A stretch of 51,342 nt of DNA from Prorocentrum cordatum (lineage: Eukaryota), in the NCBI GenBank assembly GCA_963575745.1, contig CAUYUJ010000037.1:620001-671342 (forward strand). The letters run 5' to 3'. A model generated the notes under the pieces. That model was not told where the DNA came from. It saw nothing but the letters and a program-made list of their open reading frames with translations, and did not search any database. A program made the position numbers and the translations under genes. Below, piece after piece: positions 36,726 through 49,428 of the stretch (position 1 is its first letter; each line of letters begins with the position of its first letter).

Positions 36726-36744
36726 GTCATTGTTCTGGCTCAAG
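36726..36744 (+). other. Degenerate dinoflagellate spliced-leader relic
   Basis: GTCATTGTTCTGGCTCAAG resembles the 3' part of DinoSL (GCCATTTTGGCTCAAG). It sits at the boundary between repeat and unique DNA, about 115 bp upstream of the ATG of an intronless gene. Confidence 0.55.
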
Positions 36745-36858
36745 CAAGGCTGCCTCCAAGCTCTTGTGGCCTCTTGCATCCGAGCCCGCACTGCGGGCTC
36801 GGATGCACGAAGCTGCGGGCCCCGCAGCGAACCCGTCAGCTCCGGCCGACCGGACCCC

Positions 36859-38430
36859 ATGCTGCGCAGCCCAGCGATGCAGCTGGCCGCCAAGGGCAAG
36901 AGAGACGGGGAAAGCTCACGCCCGGTGGGCCGTTCCAGCAGATTGGGCAGCTTGGGGTCGCATCCGTCACCTAGCCGCAGGGCTTGCTCCAAGACGCGGC
37001 TGTCGATGCTGGCTGCAGATGCCAGCGGCGTGAGCCTGGCTGGAGGCGGACAGCGCCACTGCATCATGCGTGGTGCTGTCGCCGACCCTTTAAAGGCTGT
37101 GCCAGACGCCCAAGGGTGCGCGACCCCCAGCACAGCGGCTGGCTCACCCGCGTCCTCTCGTTCGGGCTCGATGCCTGCGAGCAGCCGCCCAGTCTCGAGG
37201 CTGCCTGAAGCAGGGAGCTGCGGAGCGCCAGTGGCGGTGGTCGACATGATCCGCTCCAGGCGTGGTGGTCGCAGGCCCCCGTCTGGGGCGCCAGCGCGCG
37301 AGGCACCGGAGCTTGCGCGGAGCGGTGCGGGCAGCGGCCCCGCTTCCTGGGGATCGTCGCGCACCGCGGGCTCGGCGGCGGCGGCGGTGCAGAGCCACTG
37401 CAGGGACGTCAGGGAAGTCTGCCGCCTTGCCAAGACCCTGCAGCTGCCGGTGGCAGAGGTTGAGCGGGCATGCGCCCTCTTCCGGGACCATGCTCAACCC
37501 CTCGCCCCGGGTGCCGAGATGCTCAGAGACGGGCGCCTTGGCCACGAGCAGTTTGCCAGGCTCGTGCGGAGCCACCTGACTCGTGACAGCGGCGGGGTGG
37601 CGGAGTGGTCCATTAACAGGGTAATGCATGCCCTCAAGAGCGTGCGCGAATCCGATGGTGTCAACCAGAATCTTTGCCTGAGCTTCGAAGAGTTTGTTGT
37701 GTGCATGCACATCCTGTCTCTCGATCGTGCGGCGGAGGCGAAAGAGGCGGAGCGGAGCCACGGCAGGGACGTCGCGGAGGTTTGCCGCCTTGCCAAGACC
37801 ATGCAGTTGCTGGTGGCAGAGGCGCGGCGGCTGTACACCCTCTTCGGGGACTACGCCGAGCCCCTCGCCCCAGGGGCCAGGATGGTCAGGGACGGGCGCC
37901 TTACCCAGGAGCAGTTTGCCAGGCTCGTGCGGAGCCAGCTTACGTGGGACAGCGCCGTCTCAGCAGAGCAGCACGTTGAGAGCATAATGTCTTCAGTCAG
38001 GAAGGTGTGTGAGGCCGCTGGTGTCAAGCGGGGTCGCGGTCTGAGCTTCCATGAGTTTTTGGAGTGCACGCGCATCCTGTCTTTCGACGGTTGCATCCTA
38101 TCTGGGGAGGAGCGCGGACTGCGCAGGATGGCCCAGAAGTACGACCTAGGATTCGTCGAGATCGACAGGTACAAGAAGGTGTTTGACGAGCTAGACGCAG
38201 AACGCAGCGGCAGAATTGGCCGCCAGGCATTGGATAGCTTTTTCAACAAGTTTGGCATCTTCGCGGAGGACATACGCCACGCCGACACGCGCAAACACGA
38301 CATTTGGCTCCTAGCGGATCCAGACCTCAAGGGTAGCATCGACTTTGAAGCGTTCCTGATCTTCAACTTGAAGTACGTTAGCCGAGGAGCCGAAGGCCTC
38401 TATCAGTACTTTGGGGCATGCGCGGCCTGA
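36859..38430 (+). CDS. Intronless EF-hand calcium-binding protein (523 aa from the first ATG) with an internal 121-aa duplication
   Basis: EF-hand-like loops FDELDAERSGRIGRQAL and ADPDLKGSIDFEAFL. The block RDVxEVCRLAKTxQLxVAE..DGRLxxEQFARLVRS occurs twice, at about 37391 and 37754. Confidence 0.8.
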   Translation: MLRSPAMQLAAKGKRDGESSRPVGRSSRLGSLGSHPSPSRRACSKTRLSMLAADASGVSLAGGGQRHCIMRGAVADPLKAVPDAQGCATPSTAAGSPASSRSGSMPASSRPVSRLPEAGSCGAPVAVVDMIRSRRGGRRPPSGAPAREAPELARSGAGSGPASWGSSRTAGSAAAAVQSHCRDVREVCRLAKTLQLPVAEVERACALFRDHAQPLAPGAEMLRDGRLGHEQFARLVRSHLTRDSGGVAEWSINRVMHALKSVRESDGVNQNLCLSFEEFVVCMHILSLDRAAEAKEAERSHGRDVAEVCRLAKTMQLLVAEARRLYTLFGDYAEPLAPGARMVRDGRLTQEQFARLVRSQLTWDSAVSAEQHVESIMSSVRKVCEAAGVKRGRGLSFHEFLECTRILSFDGCILSGEERGLRRMAQKYDLGFVEIDRYKKVFDELDAERSGRIGRQALDSFFNKFGIFAEDIRHADTRKHDIWLLADPDLKGSIDFEAFLIFNLKYVSRGAEGLYQYFGACAA

Positions 38431-40339
38431 AGCCTGAAAGGAGTGCATTCCAGCCCAGTTTCTGCGCACATCGGAACGGCAGTGATCCATCCAACATATC
38501 AGAGTGTGATATTCAAGCCCATTGGTTTCCACAACTGCACAGATAGCGGAAGCGTGGGCCACGAGCTGCTCAAGAACCTTGCCATTGGCTGCCCTTGGGC
38601 GGTCGAACATTCTCGGATGCGCACCTGATTTCCGTGCGTAGCGCCGCGCGGGCACGAGGCACTGATCGCGAGAGTCAGACGGAGCTACCTCCAACGTAGA
38701 TTCGGGGCGGTTCGTGTCAACGGCATGCCATGTCCTTGCGTCCCCCTGTTACGTAGGTAGGGCTGTCATCCTTTCAAAAAAACCGGAGCGTCCACTGGTT
38801 TCCAAAGTTGTACAGCGAATGGAAGCGTGGGCCGGAACCTTGCCAAGCCTTGCAATGTCAGGAAAGCCAAGGCACGGGAGAGAGTCTCTTTTCTCCCCCT
38901 CTCCCTCCTCTTCTCCTGGTCTTGGAAATGCCGCCACTGTCTTTTTTGGGTGTTGGCTAGTTGCAGCTGTTGTCGTGTGAGTAGCAGCCCAACGCGAGCG
39001 TGGGATTGCCTCTAATCGACGGCGTCGCTCGCGCGCTGCAAGGCCAGATTTGGGCCATAATGCGTAGGCCCGCGCCTGCGGGCGAGTCCTCCGGCACACT
39101 GGTGGACTGGACTCGTCCGCCCTCTGCCAGCGGCGCGCCCGGGGCCCTGCTGCTGCCTTAGCTGCTGCGGCGGAGGGAAGGAGTGAGCCACTGAGGGAGG
39201 GCGGGGCGGCACCCTGACAAGAAGGGCGTGGCTGTCGACGCGAGGTATCACCTCGCAGTCTCCGTCTGATGAGTTTTCATTGAGACCCTCAGCAGTAGTG
39301 TTGCGCTGAGGTGGTGTACTGTAATCCTGTGGCATGGGCACTGCTGCCAAAACAAGAAGTCATTGATTATTCGTGGGTCCTGGTGGATTTCATATCTACA
39401 CGTATGAGAGAGAGAGAGAGAGAGAAAGACAGAAAAAAACATTCTGCATACAACCATATGAGTAGTCTATATACATGTTATGCCATACGCTCATTCAGAC
39501 ATACAAACATACACATAAGCATACACACATATACATACATTCAGTCATCCATTCATACGTACAGACACACCATTCCATACCATGCCATACATACCATACC
39601 ACACACCCCGCAAATGCAGATAGGAGTGAGGAGTTATTGTGGTCTCGTTGTGACTCGCTGTGAACCGAACAAATAAGAAACCCGCCGCACCTGCCGATTT
39701 CTTAATTTTGAGCACGCATTTCTGCGCAGCCAAGACCGGTGCCACCAAGGGGCTTAAACAAGTAAAACGAAGCATTCAATGAAGAATTCCGCCGTAGGCG
39801 CCGATGTTTTCAAATGGTCAGCATTGCTGCTTCTCTGCGCAACCAAGATCGGCGCCGCCCGCGGGCCCCGCTGCGACGGGCCCCCACGACGCCGCGGGCC
39901 CCCGGACGGGTTACTGAAAAAATACTGAACGGAACATCTAGTGAAGAAGCCCGCCGCAGTCGCCACTTTTTTAGTTTCAACACTGCATGTCCGCGAAGCC
40001 TAGACCAACGCCACCCTTAGGCGCCGCGGCGGCAGGGCCCCACGACACCGCGGGCAACCCGCGATGGGGCTTCCCAGGCCCCCGCCCCTGGGCCCCACAC
40101 GACCGGCGCCACCCGTGGGCCCCGCGGCGACGGGCCCCAGCGACGCCGCGGGCCCCCCGCGGTGGAGCCCCCTGGACCCCCCCATGGGCCCCCACACGTG
40201 CGCATGTGCCCCCCCGCAGGGCCCTGCCGGGCCCTCTTCTGGCCAGAAAGAATATGATAAACTCGACGACGTGTGCCTGCTCCGAAGCAGCCAACGCGCG
40301 CATGACTGTCAGTGGATTCGCGTGAGCGTAAATCTCTTA

Positions 40340-40751
40340 CTCCGACATATATACATGCCTGCCTGTCTGCACACATCCGACCTACATACATACACGCATG
40401 CATGCAAGCATATATACATATATGCATAATATATATATATATATATATGTAAATATATGGGTATATACATATGGATGCATGCATGCATGCAAGCATTCAT
40501 GCATAAACACATGCATTGCAATTGGTTATATCGATGTATGCATGCTTACGCATGCATGTCTATACACCTACGTACAGACATACATGCATGCATTCATACA
40601 AACATGCATATGGATGTATGCATGTATGTGTACACATGCATACATATATATATACATACATACATACATACATACATACATACATACATACATGCATGCA
40701 TACATACATACATACACATACATATACATATATATATATATATATATATAT
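40340..40751. repeat. (TACA)/(TGCA)/(TA) microsatellite
   Basis: Directly visible. A similar tract is at 48100-48390. Confidence 0.9.
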
Positions 40752-40752
40752 C

Positions 40753-41618
40753 GGAGGTTGGGGGGTGAGATCGAAGTGGAACGGAGAGCCCCCCTACCGG
40801 GAAATCGATTTCGGTTTCGTGTTCGTGCGTGCCGTGCGGGCGAGGCGAAGCTGCGTGGGCGGGCGAGAGAACGTCTCCTGTGGCTGAGGCGCGGCCGGAC
40901 CAAATGTCTCCCTTCCGGGCGGCCGTGGGCCCGCGGTGTCCCGCCGGTGTCCCGCTGGTGTCCCGTGTGGCTGAGGCGCGGCCGGACCAAATGACTCCCT
41001 TCCAGGCGGCCGGGGGCCCGCGGTGTCCCGCTGGTGTCCCGCTGGTGTCCCGTGTGGCTGAGGCGCGGCCGGACGAAATGATTCCCTTCCGCGCGGCCGG
41101 GGGCCCGCGGTGTCCCGCCGGTGTCCCGTCGGTGTCCCGTCGGTTTCCCGATAATGATGATGTTGATGATGATAATGATTGCTATGTTGTTGCTGATGAT
41201 AATGACGATGGTGGTGTCCCAGTGATTATGATGATGGTGTTGATGATGATGATGATATGACGATGATGATGATGTGTCTGCCCGTTGTTGTTGATGATGA
41301 TGTTGGTAATGATGATGCTGATGATTATGGTATCCCGATGATGATGATTTTGACGGTGGTGCTGATGATGGTGTTGGTGATGGTGTACCTATGATGATAT
41401 TGATGATGATGTTGGTGATGATGGTGCTGCTGATGATGATGGTGTCCCGATGATGTTGATGATGCTGTTGATGATGATGATGATGATGATAATGAGCTGA
41501 TGTTGATGATGGTGTCCCGATGATGTTGATGATGTTGACGATGAAAATGGTGGTGACCATGGAGGTGTCCCGATGATGTTGATGATGCTGATGGTGATGA
41601 TGACGATGGTTGTGTCCC

Positions 41619-41685
<67 letters not shown>

Positions 41686-42037
41686 GCATGATGATGACGG
41701 CGTTGATGATGCTGATGACGATGATGATGATGAAATTGTCCCGATGACGATGAAAATGATGGTGTTGATGATGATGATGACGTTGAATGTTAGATCGATT
41801 GTTATATCGGTAGTGAGATCGATAGTGAGACCGAATGTGAGATCGATTGTGAGATCGATAATCAGATCAATTGTGAGACCGAGCGAATGAGATAGATCGA
41901 GTGAGATCGATTGTGATATCGACCGAGTGAGATCGATCGAGCGAGACCGATAGTGAGATGGATAGTGAGACCGATCGAGTGAGACGCTGCATCCTCCCCC
42001 CCCCGAACCTCCTTATCACCCGAAGGGTGGTCTTATA
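40753..42037 (+). mobile_element. Non-autonomous element with (sub)terminal inverted repeats and a 3' hairpin (Helentron/DINE-like architecture)
   Basis: GGAGGTTGGGGGG at 40753 pairs with CCCCCCGAACCTCC ending at 42012. CACCC-GAA-GGGTG follows at 42017-42029. Flanks are TA-rich. The interior holds three 87-bp repeats (40879, 40966, 41053), (GAT)n and GAGATCGAT repeats. Confidence 0.5.
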
Positions 42038-42054
42038 GGTATATATACACCGGG

Positions 42055-42385
42055 GGACGAGGCCAGGGAGGTCCCGCCCAGGGACCTCGGCAGGGCATGC
42101 CCGGGGCCTTACTTTCCCTGTGTTTTTTTTAAGGGTTTCGGCCACCCGGAGCCACCCGAACCCCCCGGGGGGTCCCACCCAGGGAGCTCGGCGGGGCATG
42201 GGGGGCCCGGGAACTTACTTTCCATATGTTTGTTTAAGGGCTTCGGCCACCCGGAGCCACCAGAACCCCGGGGGACGTGCCCGGGGGGGTCCCGCCCAGG
42301 GACCTCGGCGGCGCATGGGGGGCCCGGGGCCTTACTTTCCTTGTTTTTTTTATACGGTTTCGCCGGCCCGGAGCCACCAGAGCCC
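42055..42385 (+). repeat. About three tandem ~100-120-bp units (CCAGGGA..TCGGC..CTTACTTTCC..CCCGGAGCCACC)
   Basis: The motif recurs at about 42073, 42173 and 42291. Confidence 0.7.
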
Positions 42386-44965
42386 CAAGAGGTTGCAAGG
42401 AGCTTCAGGAGCTGCTCCCGCCTGGTGCCCCAGGTCTCCCACATGTCTGCAGGCCTCGCAGAGGCCTCCAGGAGAGCTCCCCAGAGCTCACACACTTGGT
42501 TTCCCCTAGTTTTTTCCACGTCTCTCCCCTTGCAGCCTGTTCTGCACCCCCACGCTGCGCGGCAGCCCCAGAGGACGCCCAGACCGTCCCGGTTCGGCCC
42601 CAGACGCTCCCAACCTTGTCCCAGATGTCTCCGCATGGGAGGATCGGCGCGCCCCAGTAGGGTCACAGAGAGGCCAGGGACGCTCCAAGATCCCTGCGAC
42701 GCCGACGATCACCCCAAGACAGCCCCCCGAGCGACTTCGTCGACGCGGCATGCTCCCAAGAGGCCTCCTCGAAGGGCTCTCTGAGGTCGTATTCCTTGTT
42801 TTTTCCATTGGTTTTTCCACGCTTTCACTCATCCAGCGTGTTCTGCATCCCCACTCTGCACGGCAGCCCAAGAGGACGCCCAGACCGATGCGGTTCGGCC
42901 CCCCGGGGCCCCCAACCGCGATCCAAGACGGCCCCGCATGGGAGGACCAGCGCCCCCAACTAGGCTCCACGAGCCGCCAGAGTCGCTTCCAGGCCTGCGC
43001 GACGCCGACGATCGCCCCACGACAGCTTTCCAGGCCACCTCGCCAGCAAAAGAGGCTTCCTAGAGGCTTCCCACAAGGGCCCCCAGAGGCTCAACTCCTA
43101 GTTTCCCCCATGTTTTTTTTTCCCCCGGTTTCTGGCCACCCAGATTGTTGTGTTTCTCGACGGTGCAAGCTCGTCCTAGAGGTCCCCAAGACTGCCCCGC
43201 GACGGCTCCAGAGGCTCCCAACCGTGCCCCATGACGGCACCAGAGTGCACCCTGACGGCTGAAGCGGCGGCAACGAGGAACCCCGAACACCCCAACACGG
43301 CCGATTGGGGCCACAAGAGAGGCCTGGGGGCCTTTGCGGTCGCCAGGGGCGGTTTCGACACTGTTGATTGCGTCTCGGCGAACCGCGACCGAGCCAAAGA
43401 CCTGTCACAGAGCTCAAAGGACGGGGAGGAGAAGCAGGACGAGGACAAGGAGGAGGGGAACGATGAGGACGAGGAGGGGGAGGAGGAAGAGGAGGAGGAG
43501 GAGGAGGAGGAGGACGACGAGGAGGAGGAGGAGGAGGAGAAAGAAAGAGGAGGAGGAGGAGGAGGAGGATTTGGAGTAGGAGGAGAAAGAAAGAGGAGGA
43601 GGAGGATGTGGAGGAGGAGGAGGAGGAGGAGGCGGAGGAGGTGGAGGAGGTTGAGGAGGAGGTTGAGGAGGAGGAGGAGGATGAGAAGCAGGAGGAGGAG
43701 CAGGAGCAGGATGAACAGCTGGAGGAGGACGAGCAGTAAGAGGAGACGGCGGGGAGAAGGCGGAGGAGGAAACGGAGGAGGAGGATGAATAGGCAGGGGG
43801 GCGGGGGGGGGGTTGCCTCCTCCTCTGCGTTTTCGTAATCCTCCTCTCCTCCTCCTCCTCCTCCTCCTCCTCCCTCCTCCTCCGCCTCCTCCTCCCTTCT
43901 CCCCTCCTCCCTGATCCTCCTGCACCTCCTGCTGCTGCTGCTGCTTGCTCCTCTGTTTCTCCTCCTCCTCTCTCCTCTCCTGCTACTCTCTCCTCTCCTC
44001 TCCACCCCTGCCCTCCCCCATCACCCTCCCTCCTCCTCCTCCTCCTCTCTCCTCCTCCTCCTCCTCCTCCTCTCCTCCTCCTGCTCCCCCTCCTGCTCTT
44101 GCTCCTCCTCCTGCTCCTACTCCTGCACCTCCTCCTTTGATGTTGCTCCTCATCCCCTGCCCCCCCTCCTCCTCCTCCTCCCCCTCCTGCTCCTCCTCCT
44201 CCTCCTGCTCTTCCTGCTCCTGGGCGTGGGGTCCTGGGGCCGCACTCTCGGGGCCGAGGAGGGGTCCAGGGATCGTGGAGGATTCTAAGGGCCGAAGATG
44301 GGTCCACAGGCGTCCACGCGGGTCCCCAGAGCCAGCGGTCCAATGCCCAGGGTCCAGAATCAGTCAAGGGCGGACGAGAAGGAGGAAGACGACGAGGAGG
44401 AGGAGGAGGAGGAGGAGGAGGAGGAGGAGGAGAATGAGGAGGAGGAGGAGGAGGAGGAGGAGGAGGAAGAGGCCAGGGAGGAGACGAAGGCGAACGAGGA
44501 CGAAGGCGAGCACGAAGACAAAGGGCGAGGAGGAGGCCGACAACGATGACGAGCAGGGGGGGAGTCCGGGCAGTTCTTTGTTGGGCTGCGGGTTTCGTCC
44601 CCCGCTCCTTGGGGTGGATTTACCGCTCTGGTTCGGTTTGTACCGGTTTGATTCGGCCCCATTCGGTCCACAAGCGATATTGGTTCGGTTCGGTTCGGGT
44701 CTCTACCGCGACCATTCCGGTTCGGTTCGATTCGTCTTGGGGGGTGCGCTGGTTCGCGCCCGTTCGATTCAGCCTGGCTCAGTCCAGGCAGTTCTGGAAC
44801 CTTCCTGCAACGAAACACTGCGACGGAGTTACGCCAGGAAGGAGGCACCACAGTACGAGATTTCCGAGGCTCCAGGAGGGTCCGCCGTCAGGACCCTCTG
44901 GAACGAGATCCGCTGTCGATGGCACTGCTTGCCGTGGTATCCGTTGGTGCCATGGTGCCACGACT

Positions 44966-45002
44966 ACAACCTAAGCGTGCGCGTAGCGCGCGTGGTTCTA
45001 AT
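44966..45002 (+). mobile_element. Helitron-like 3' terminus variant (GCGTGCGC-GTA-GCGCGCGT..GGTTCTAA|T)
   Basis: Same layout as 2966-3011, followed by (AAT)n at 45013-45158. Confidence 0.45.
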
Positions 45003-45887
45003 ACATATACATAATAATAACAATAATAATAATCATAATAGTCATAATAATAAGAATAATAATAATAAGAAGAAGAAGAATACTAATAATAATAAGAAGA
45101 ATAATAATAATGATAATAATAATAATAATAATGATAATAATAATAATAATAATAATAACGGCGCACCGGGTCCGGGGGCCCGGGGCCGCGACCACGACCA
45201 CAAATGTGTGTGCCCAGGCTCTTGGGGCGCCCCTGAGGCCCTCAAAACGCCCAAGGAACGCGCCAAGAGAACCCGAAGACGCCCCAAGACGGACCCAAGA
45301 CACCCAAAGCCCGCTCCAAGATGCCCAAGATGGCCCCCAAGACACCTCCAAAAGCCTCGCAGACGCTCTAAGAAGCCCCCGAGAGGCCCCCCAGGACGTC
45401 GCCAAGAGGCAAACATAGCCCCACTCCTTTCGCAAAACGTGCATATTTGGCATATTGATTGTTTTCGCTGTCGTACCGCTCTTGACGACATCAGAGGTCT
45501 CCAAGACCGCCCCAAGACAGTCCAAGAGGCGCCACCGAGGGCCCCAAGACGGCCCAAAAGAGCCCCAGGACGGCCCAAGAGGCGCCCAAGACGGCCCAAA
45601 CGGGCCCCCAAAGGCGCCCAAGAGAAGCCCAAGATTGGGAAGTCCAACCGACAATTCGAGCTTTCCGCCAAAACAAGCGCCCGGGAGGCCCCAAGAGGCC
45701 CCGAAGAAGCCCCAAGAGGCCTCCAAGAGGCCACCCAGACGCCGCAAGAAGGCCCCACGAGGACCCCCGAGAGAGCCCTGAGAGCCCTGAGGGCCGGAAC
45801 CTCGACCACACATGTGGGCCCCGGAGTCCCGGCGGCCCCAGGCGGTCTCGAGACACCCCCAAGACGCCATCCAGGGGCCTCTGGCGA

Positions 45888-47770
45888 CGCACGATGCGTT
45901 TTAAGCTGAGGCCCCCAAGACGCCCCGAGAGGCCTTTCAGATGGCGCCCAAGAGCGCCCCGAGAGGGCAAACTCGTTGATTTCCATTGTTGTTTTTTTCA
46001 ACTGTTTTTTTTGCATTCTCGTTGTTTCGTGTTTCGGGCACTAAAGCACCACCCAAGAGGCTCCCAAAACCTCCAAGACGGCCCAAGAGGCCCCAAGAGG
46101 CCAAGAGGGCCCAAGACGGCCCAAGAGAGCCCCGAGACGGCCCCAGAGCCGCCCAAGACGGCGCAAGAGGGTCCCAAGAAGGCCCCAAGAGGGGCCCAAG
46201 AGAAGGAACGCGAACTGAAAAAACAAGCTCTTTGCCCCAAGATGCCCCCAGAGGCCCCAAGAGGCCCCAGAGGCCCCATGAGGCCCCCAAGAGGCCGCAC
46301 GATGCATTTTAAATTGCCCTGGAGGCCCCCAAGATGCCCCAAGAGGCCTTTAGGATGCCGCCCAAGAGCGCCCAGAGAGGGCAAAATCGCTGATTTCCAT
46401 CTGTTTCTTGAAATGTTGTTTCTCGCTGTCTTGTGTTTCCGGCGCTAAAGCACCGCCCAAGAGGCTCCCCAAACCGCTCCCAGACGGCCCAAGAGGCCCC
46501 CAAGAGGGCCCCAAGACGGCCCAAGAGAGCCCCGAGACGGCCCCAGAGCCGCCCAAGACGGCGCAAGAGAGTCCCAAGAAGGCCCCAAGAGGGGCCCAAG
46601 AGAGGGAACGCGAATTGAAAAATCAAGCTCTCCGCTCCAAGATGCCCCCAACAGGCCCCAAGAGGCCCCCGGGAAGCCCCCAAGAGGCCCCACGAGGCCC
46701 CCAAGAGGCCGCACGATGCGTTTTAAATTGCCCCAGAGGCCCCCAAGACGCTGCAAGAGGCCTTTGAGATGGCGCCCAAGAGCGCCCCGAGAGGGCAAAC
46801 TCGTTGATTTTCATGTTTTTTTCAATGTTTTTTGCATTCTCGCTGTTTCGTGTTTCCGGCGCTAAAGCACCACCCAAGAGGCTCCCCAAACCGCTCCCAG
46901 ACGGCCCAAGAGGCCCCCAAAAGGGCCCCAAGACGGCCCGAGAGAGCCTCGAGACGGCCCCAGAGCCGCCCAAGACGGCGCAAGAGAGTCCCAAGAAGGC
47001 CCCAAGAGGGGCCCAAGAGAGGGAACGCGAACTGAAAAATCAAGCTCTCTGCCCCAAGATGCCCCCAGAGGCCCCAAGAGGCCCCCAGAGGCCCCATGAG
47101 GCCCCCAAGAGGCCGCACGATGCGTTTTAAATTGCCCCGGAGGCCCCCAAGACGCTGCAAGAGGCCTTTGAGATGGCGCCCAAGAGCGCCCCGAGAGGGC
47201 AAACTCGTTGATTTTCATGTTTTTTCAATGTTTTTTGCATTCTCGCTGTTTCGTGTTTCCGGCGCTAAAGCACCACCCAAGAGGCTCCCCAAACCGCTCC
47301 CAGACGGCCCAAGAGGCCCCCAAAAGGGCCCCAAGACGGCCCGAGAGAGCCCCGAGACGGCCCCAGAGCCGCCCAAGACGGCGCAAGAGAGTCCCAAGAA
47401 GGCCCCAAGAGGGGCCCAAGAGAGGGAACGCGAACTGAAAAATCAAGCTCTCCGCCCCAAGATGCCTCCAAGAGGCCCCAAGAGGCCCCCGGGAAGCCCC
47501 CAAGAGGCACCAAGAGGCCCTCAAGAGGCCCCAAGAGGCCCCCAAGACGGCCCAAGAAAGCCCCGAGACGACCCCCAGAGCCGCCCAAGACGGCGTAAGA
47601 GAGTCCCAAGAAGGCCCCAAGAGGGGCCCAAGAGAGGGAACGCGAACTGAAAATCAAGCTCTCCGCCCCAAGATCCCCCCAACAGGCCCCAAGAGGCCCC
47701 CGGGAAGCCCCAAGAGGCCCCCAAGAGGCCCCCAAGAAGCCCAACTCAGGCTCCAAGAGGCCCCAAGACG
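45888..47770 (+). repeat. Tandem satellite with a ~404-414-bp unit, about 4.5 copies, CCAAGAGG-rich
   Basis: CGCACGATGCRTTTTAA occurs at 45888, 46296, 46710 and 47114. Confidence 0.9.
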
Positions 47771-48054
47771 GCACCCAAAAGGCTTCAAACTCTTTCTAAG
47801 AGGCCCTCGAAGACATGCCAAGAAGGTCCCATGACGACTTCAAGAAGCAGGTCAGGATGCTCCGAGGAGGCCCGAAGTGGCCCCCAAGAGAGCCTAAGAG
47901 GCTCCCAAGAGGCCCCCAAGCGGCCTCAAGCAGCATCCAGGAGGCCAGAAAGAGGCCCCAAGAGCCCAGCGGTCCAGGCGGGGGCCGAACGAACATTTCC
48001 AGCCCTGGGCTCCCGGAAGCCCATGAGGAAGCTCTAAGAGTTCGACCAATCAGC

Positions 48055-48100
48055 CTAGCTAGAACTTGAGCGCGCGCGAAGCGCGCGCGATGGTTCTAGT
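48055..48100 (+). mobile_element. Helitron-like 3' terminus, copy of 2966-3011
   Basis: CTAGCTAGAACTTGAGCGCGCGCGAAGCGCGCGCGATGGTTCTAGT, followed by a microsatellite. Confidence 0.6.
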
Positions 48101-48816
48101 GTATATATATACACACACACGCATGCGTTCATGCATACATGTGTATAGATACATGCATGCATGCAACCACATGTATATATATATATATATACATTTATAT
48201 AGTGTGCCACATGCATTTGCAAAATGCATATAACCATACATTCATGCATGCATATACATGTGTAGAGTGTAGACATCTTGGCTAAATAAACACATACTTC
48301 GTTACGTACGTACTCGCAGGCGTGCATCAATGCATGCATGCATACGGACAGACATGCATCCATGCATGTATACATACATTCATACAGACACGCGGTCCAT
48401 AAGAAGCTCGTCTAGAGCGATGCAAGAAGAACACATCATTGATTGTCCACCGTTTTCGTTTACGGATTTGCAGCTTCTCGCTATTTCTGCTTCCCGACTG
48501 CTCAAGACGTCCCAACAGGTTCCCAAGACCGCCCCTGGGAGCTCCAAGAGGCTGCCACGAGGGTGCCTCCACTGCCTACGAGGGCCCAAGGACGGGTCGG
48601 GAGCCACCCAAGACGGCAGAAGGGGGCCCGAAAAGATACCCCAGGACGGGGCAAGGAGCCCCCAATATGCATCAAGACCGCGGCCCAAAATGATTTCAAG
48701 ACGCTCAAGTGGCGTCTTTCGAGGCCGAAAGATATGCAAAGTGTTCCCCGAGAGCGCCGAATGAAGGACAAACCATTGATCTGCCTTCGGCTTTTGAAGA
48801 ATTTTTGACGCTTCGC

Positions 48817-49428
48817 ATATCCCCACAAGCTTGTGCACTTGTTGCGTCGGCCTATGCGCCGTCGTAACCAATTATCTTGCCCTGTGCCCCTGCCGAGACC
48901 ATCCCGCTTCTTGGATGTGTCCTTGAAGCCGACAATAAAAAAAAGTATCCCCACCAGCGCCCCTGCGAGTGAGGCCTCCATCTGTTCCCCCCTTTCTCCT
49001 GCCGCCGCTTGCCCTTGCGCCCGCTGTGTCTCTCCTGTTCCTTGGCCTCCTCCTCGTTTCATGGACGGTGCGGCCTCAGCCACTCCGTGCCGCCACAGCG
49101 CGGCGTGCTCCACGCCCTTGCGCGCTGTTCGGTACGGTCAGAGCTTGGCGCCACTTGTGCGACTGCTCCTTCCGTCCGTTTTCAGTTTGGTGTTTGCGTT
49201 CCCCTGTTTCGGGCCGCCAGCGTCCCAATGAGGGTCATTTTGTCCCTGGCACGTGCACCCGCTGCCGCGGCCTATGCGCCCCAGCAGCTAATTATTTCGC
49301 CCTGTGCCCCAGCCAAGTCCGTCCCGCTTCTTGGATCTGTCCTTGGAGCCGCCAATCAAAAAAAGTATCCCCACCAGTTCCGCCTGACCGTCGTCTCGCG
49401 GCCGCGACCGAAAAAGTATCCCCACCAA
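48817..49428 (+). mobile_element. Array 2: three stacked A-tailed inserts separated by RTATCCCCAC(CAR) repeats
   Basis: Motif copies at 48817-48826, 48945-48957, 49365-49377 and 49416-49428. A-tracts are A8, A7 and A5. Inserts are about 118, 407 and 38 bp. Confidence 0.85.

Noticed and set aside
43091..47774. Many overlapping ORFs including a 654-aa ORF
   Set aside because: They are translations of GGA/CCT, AAT and CCAAGAG satellites.
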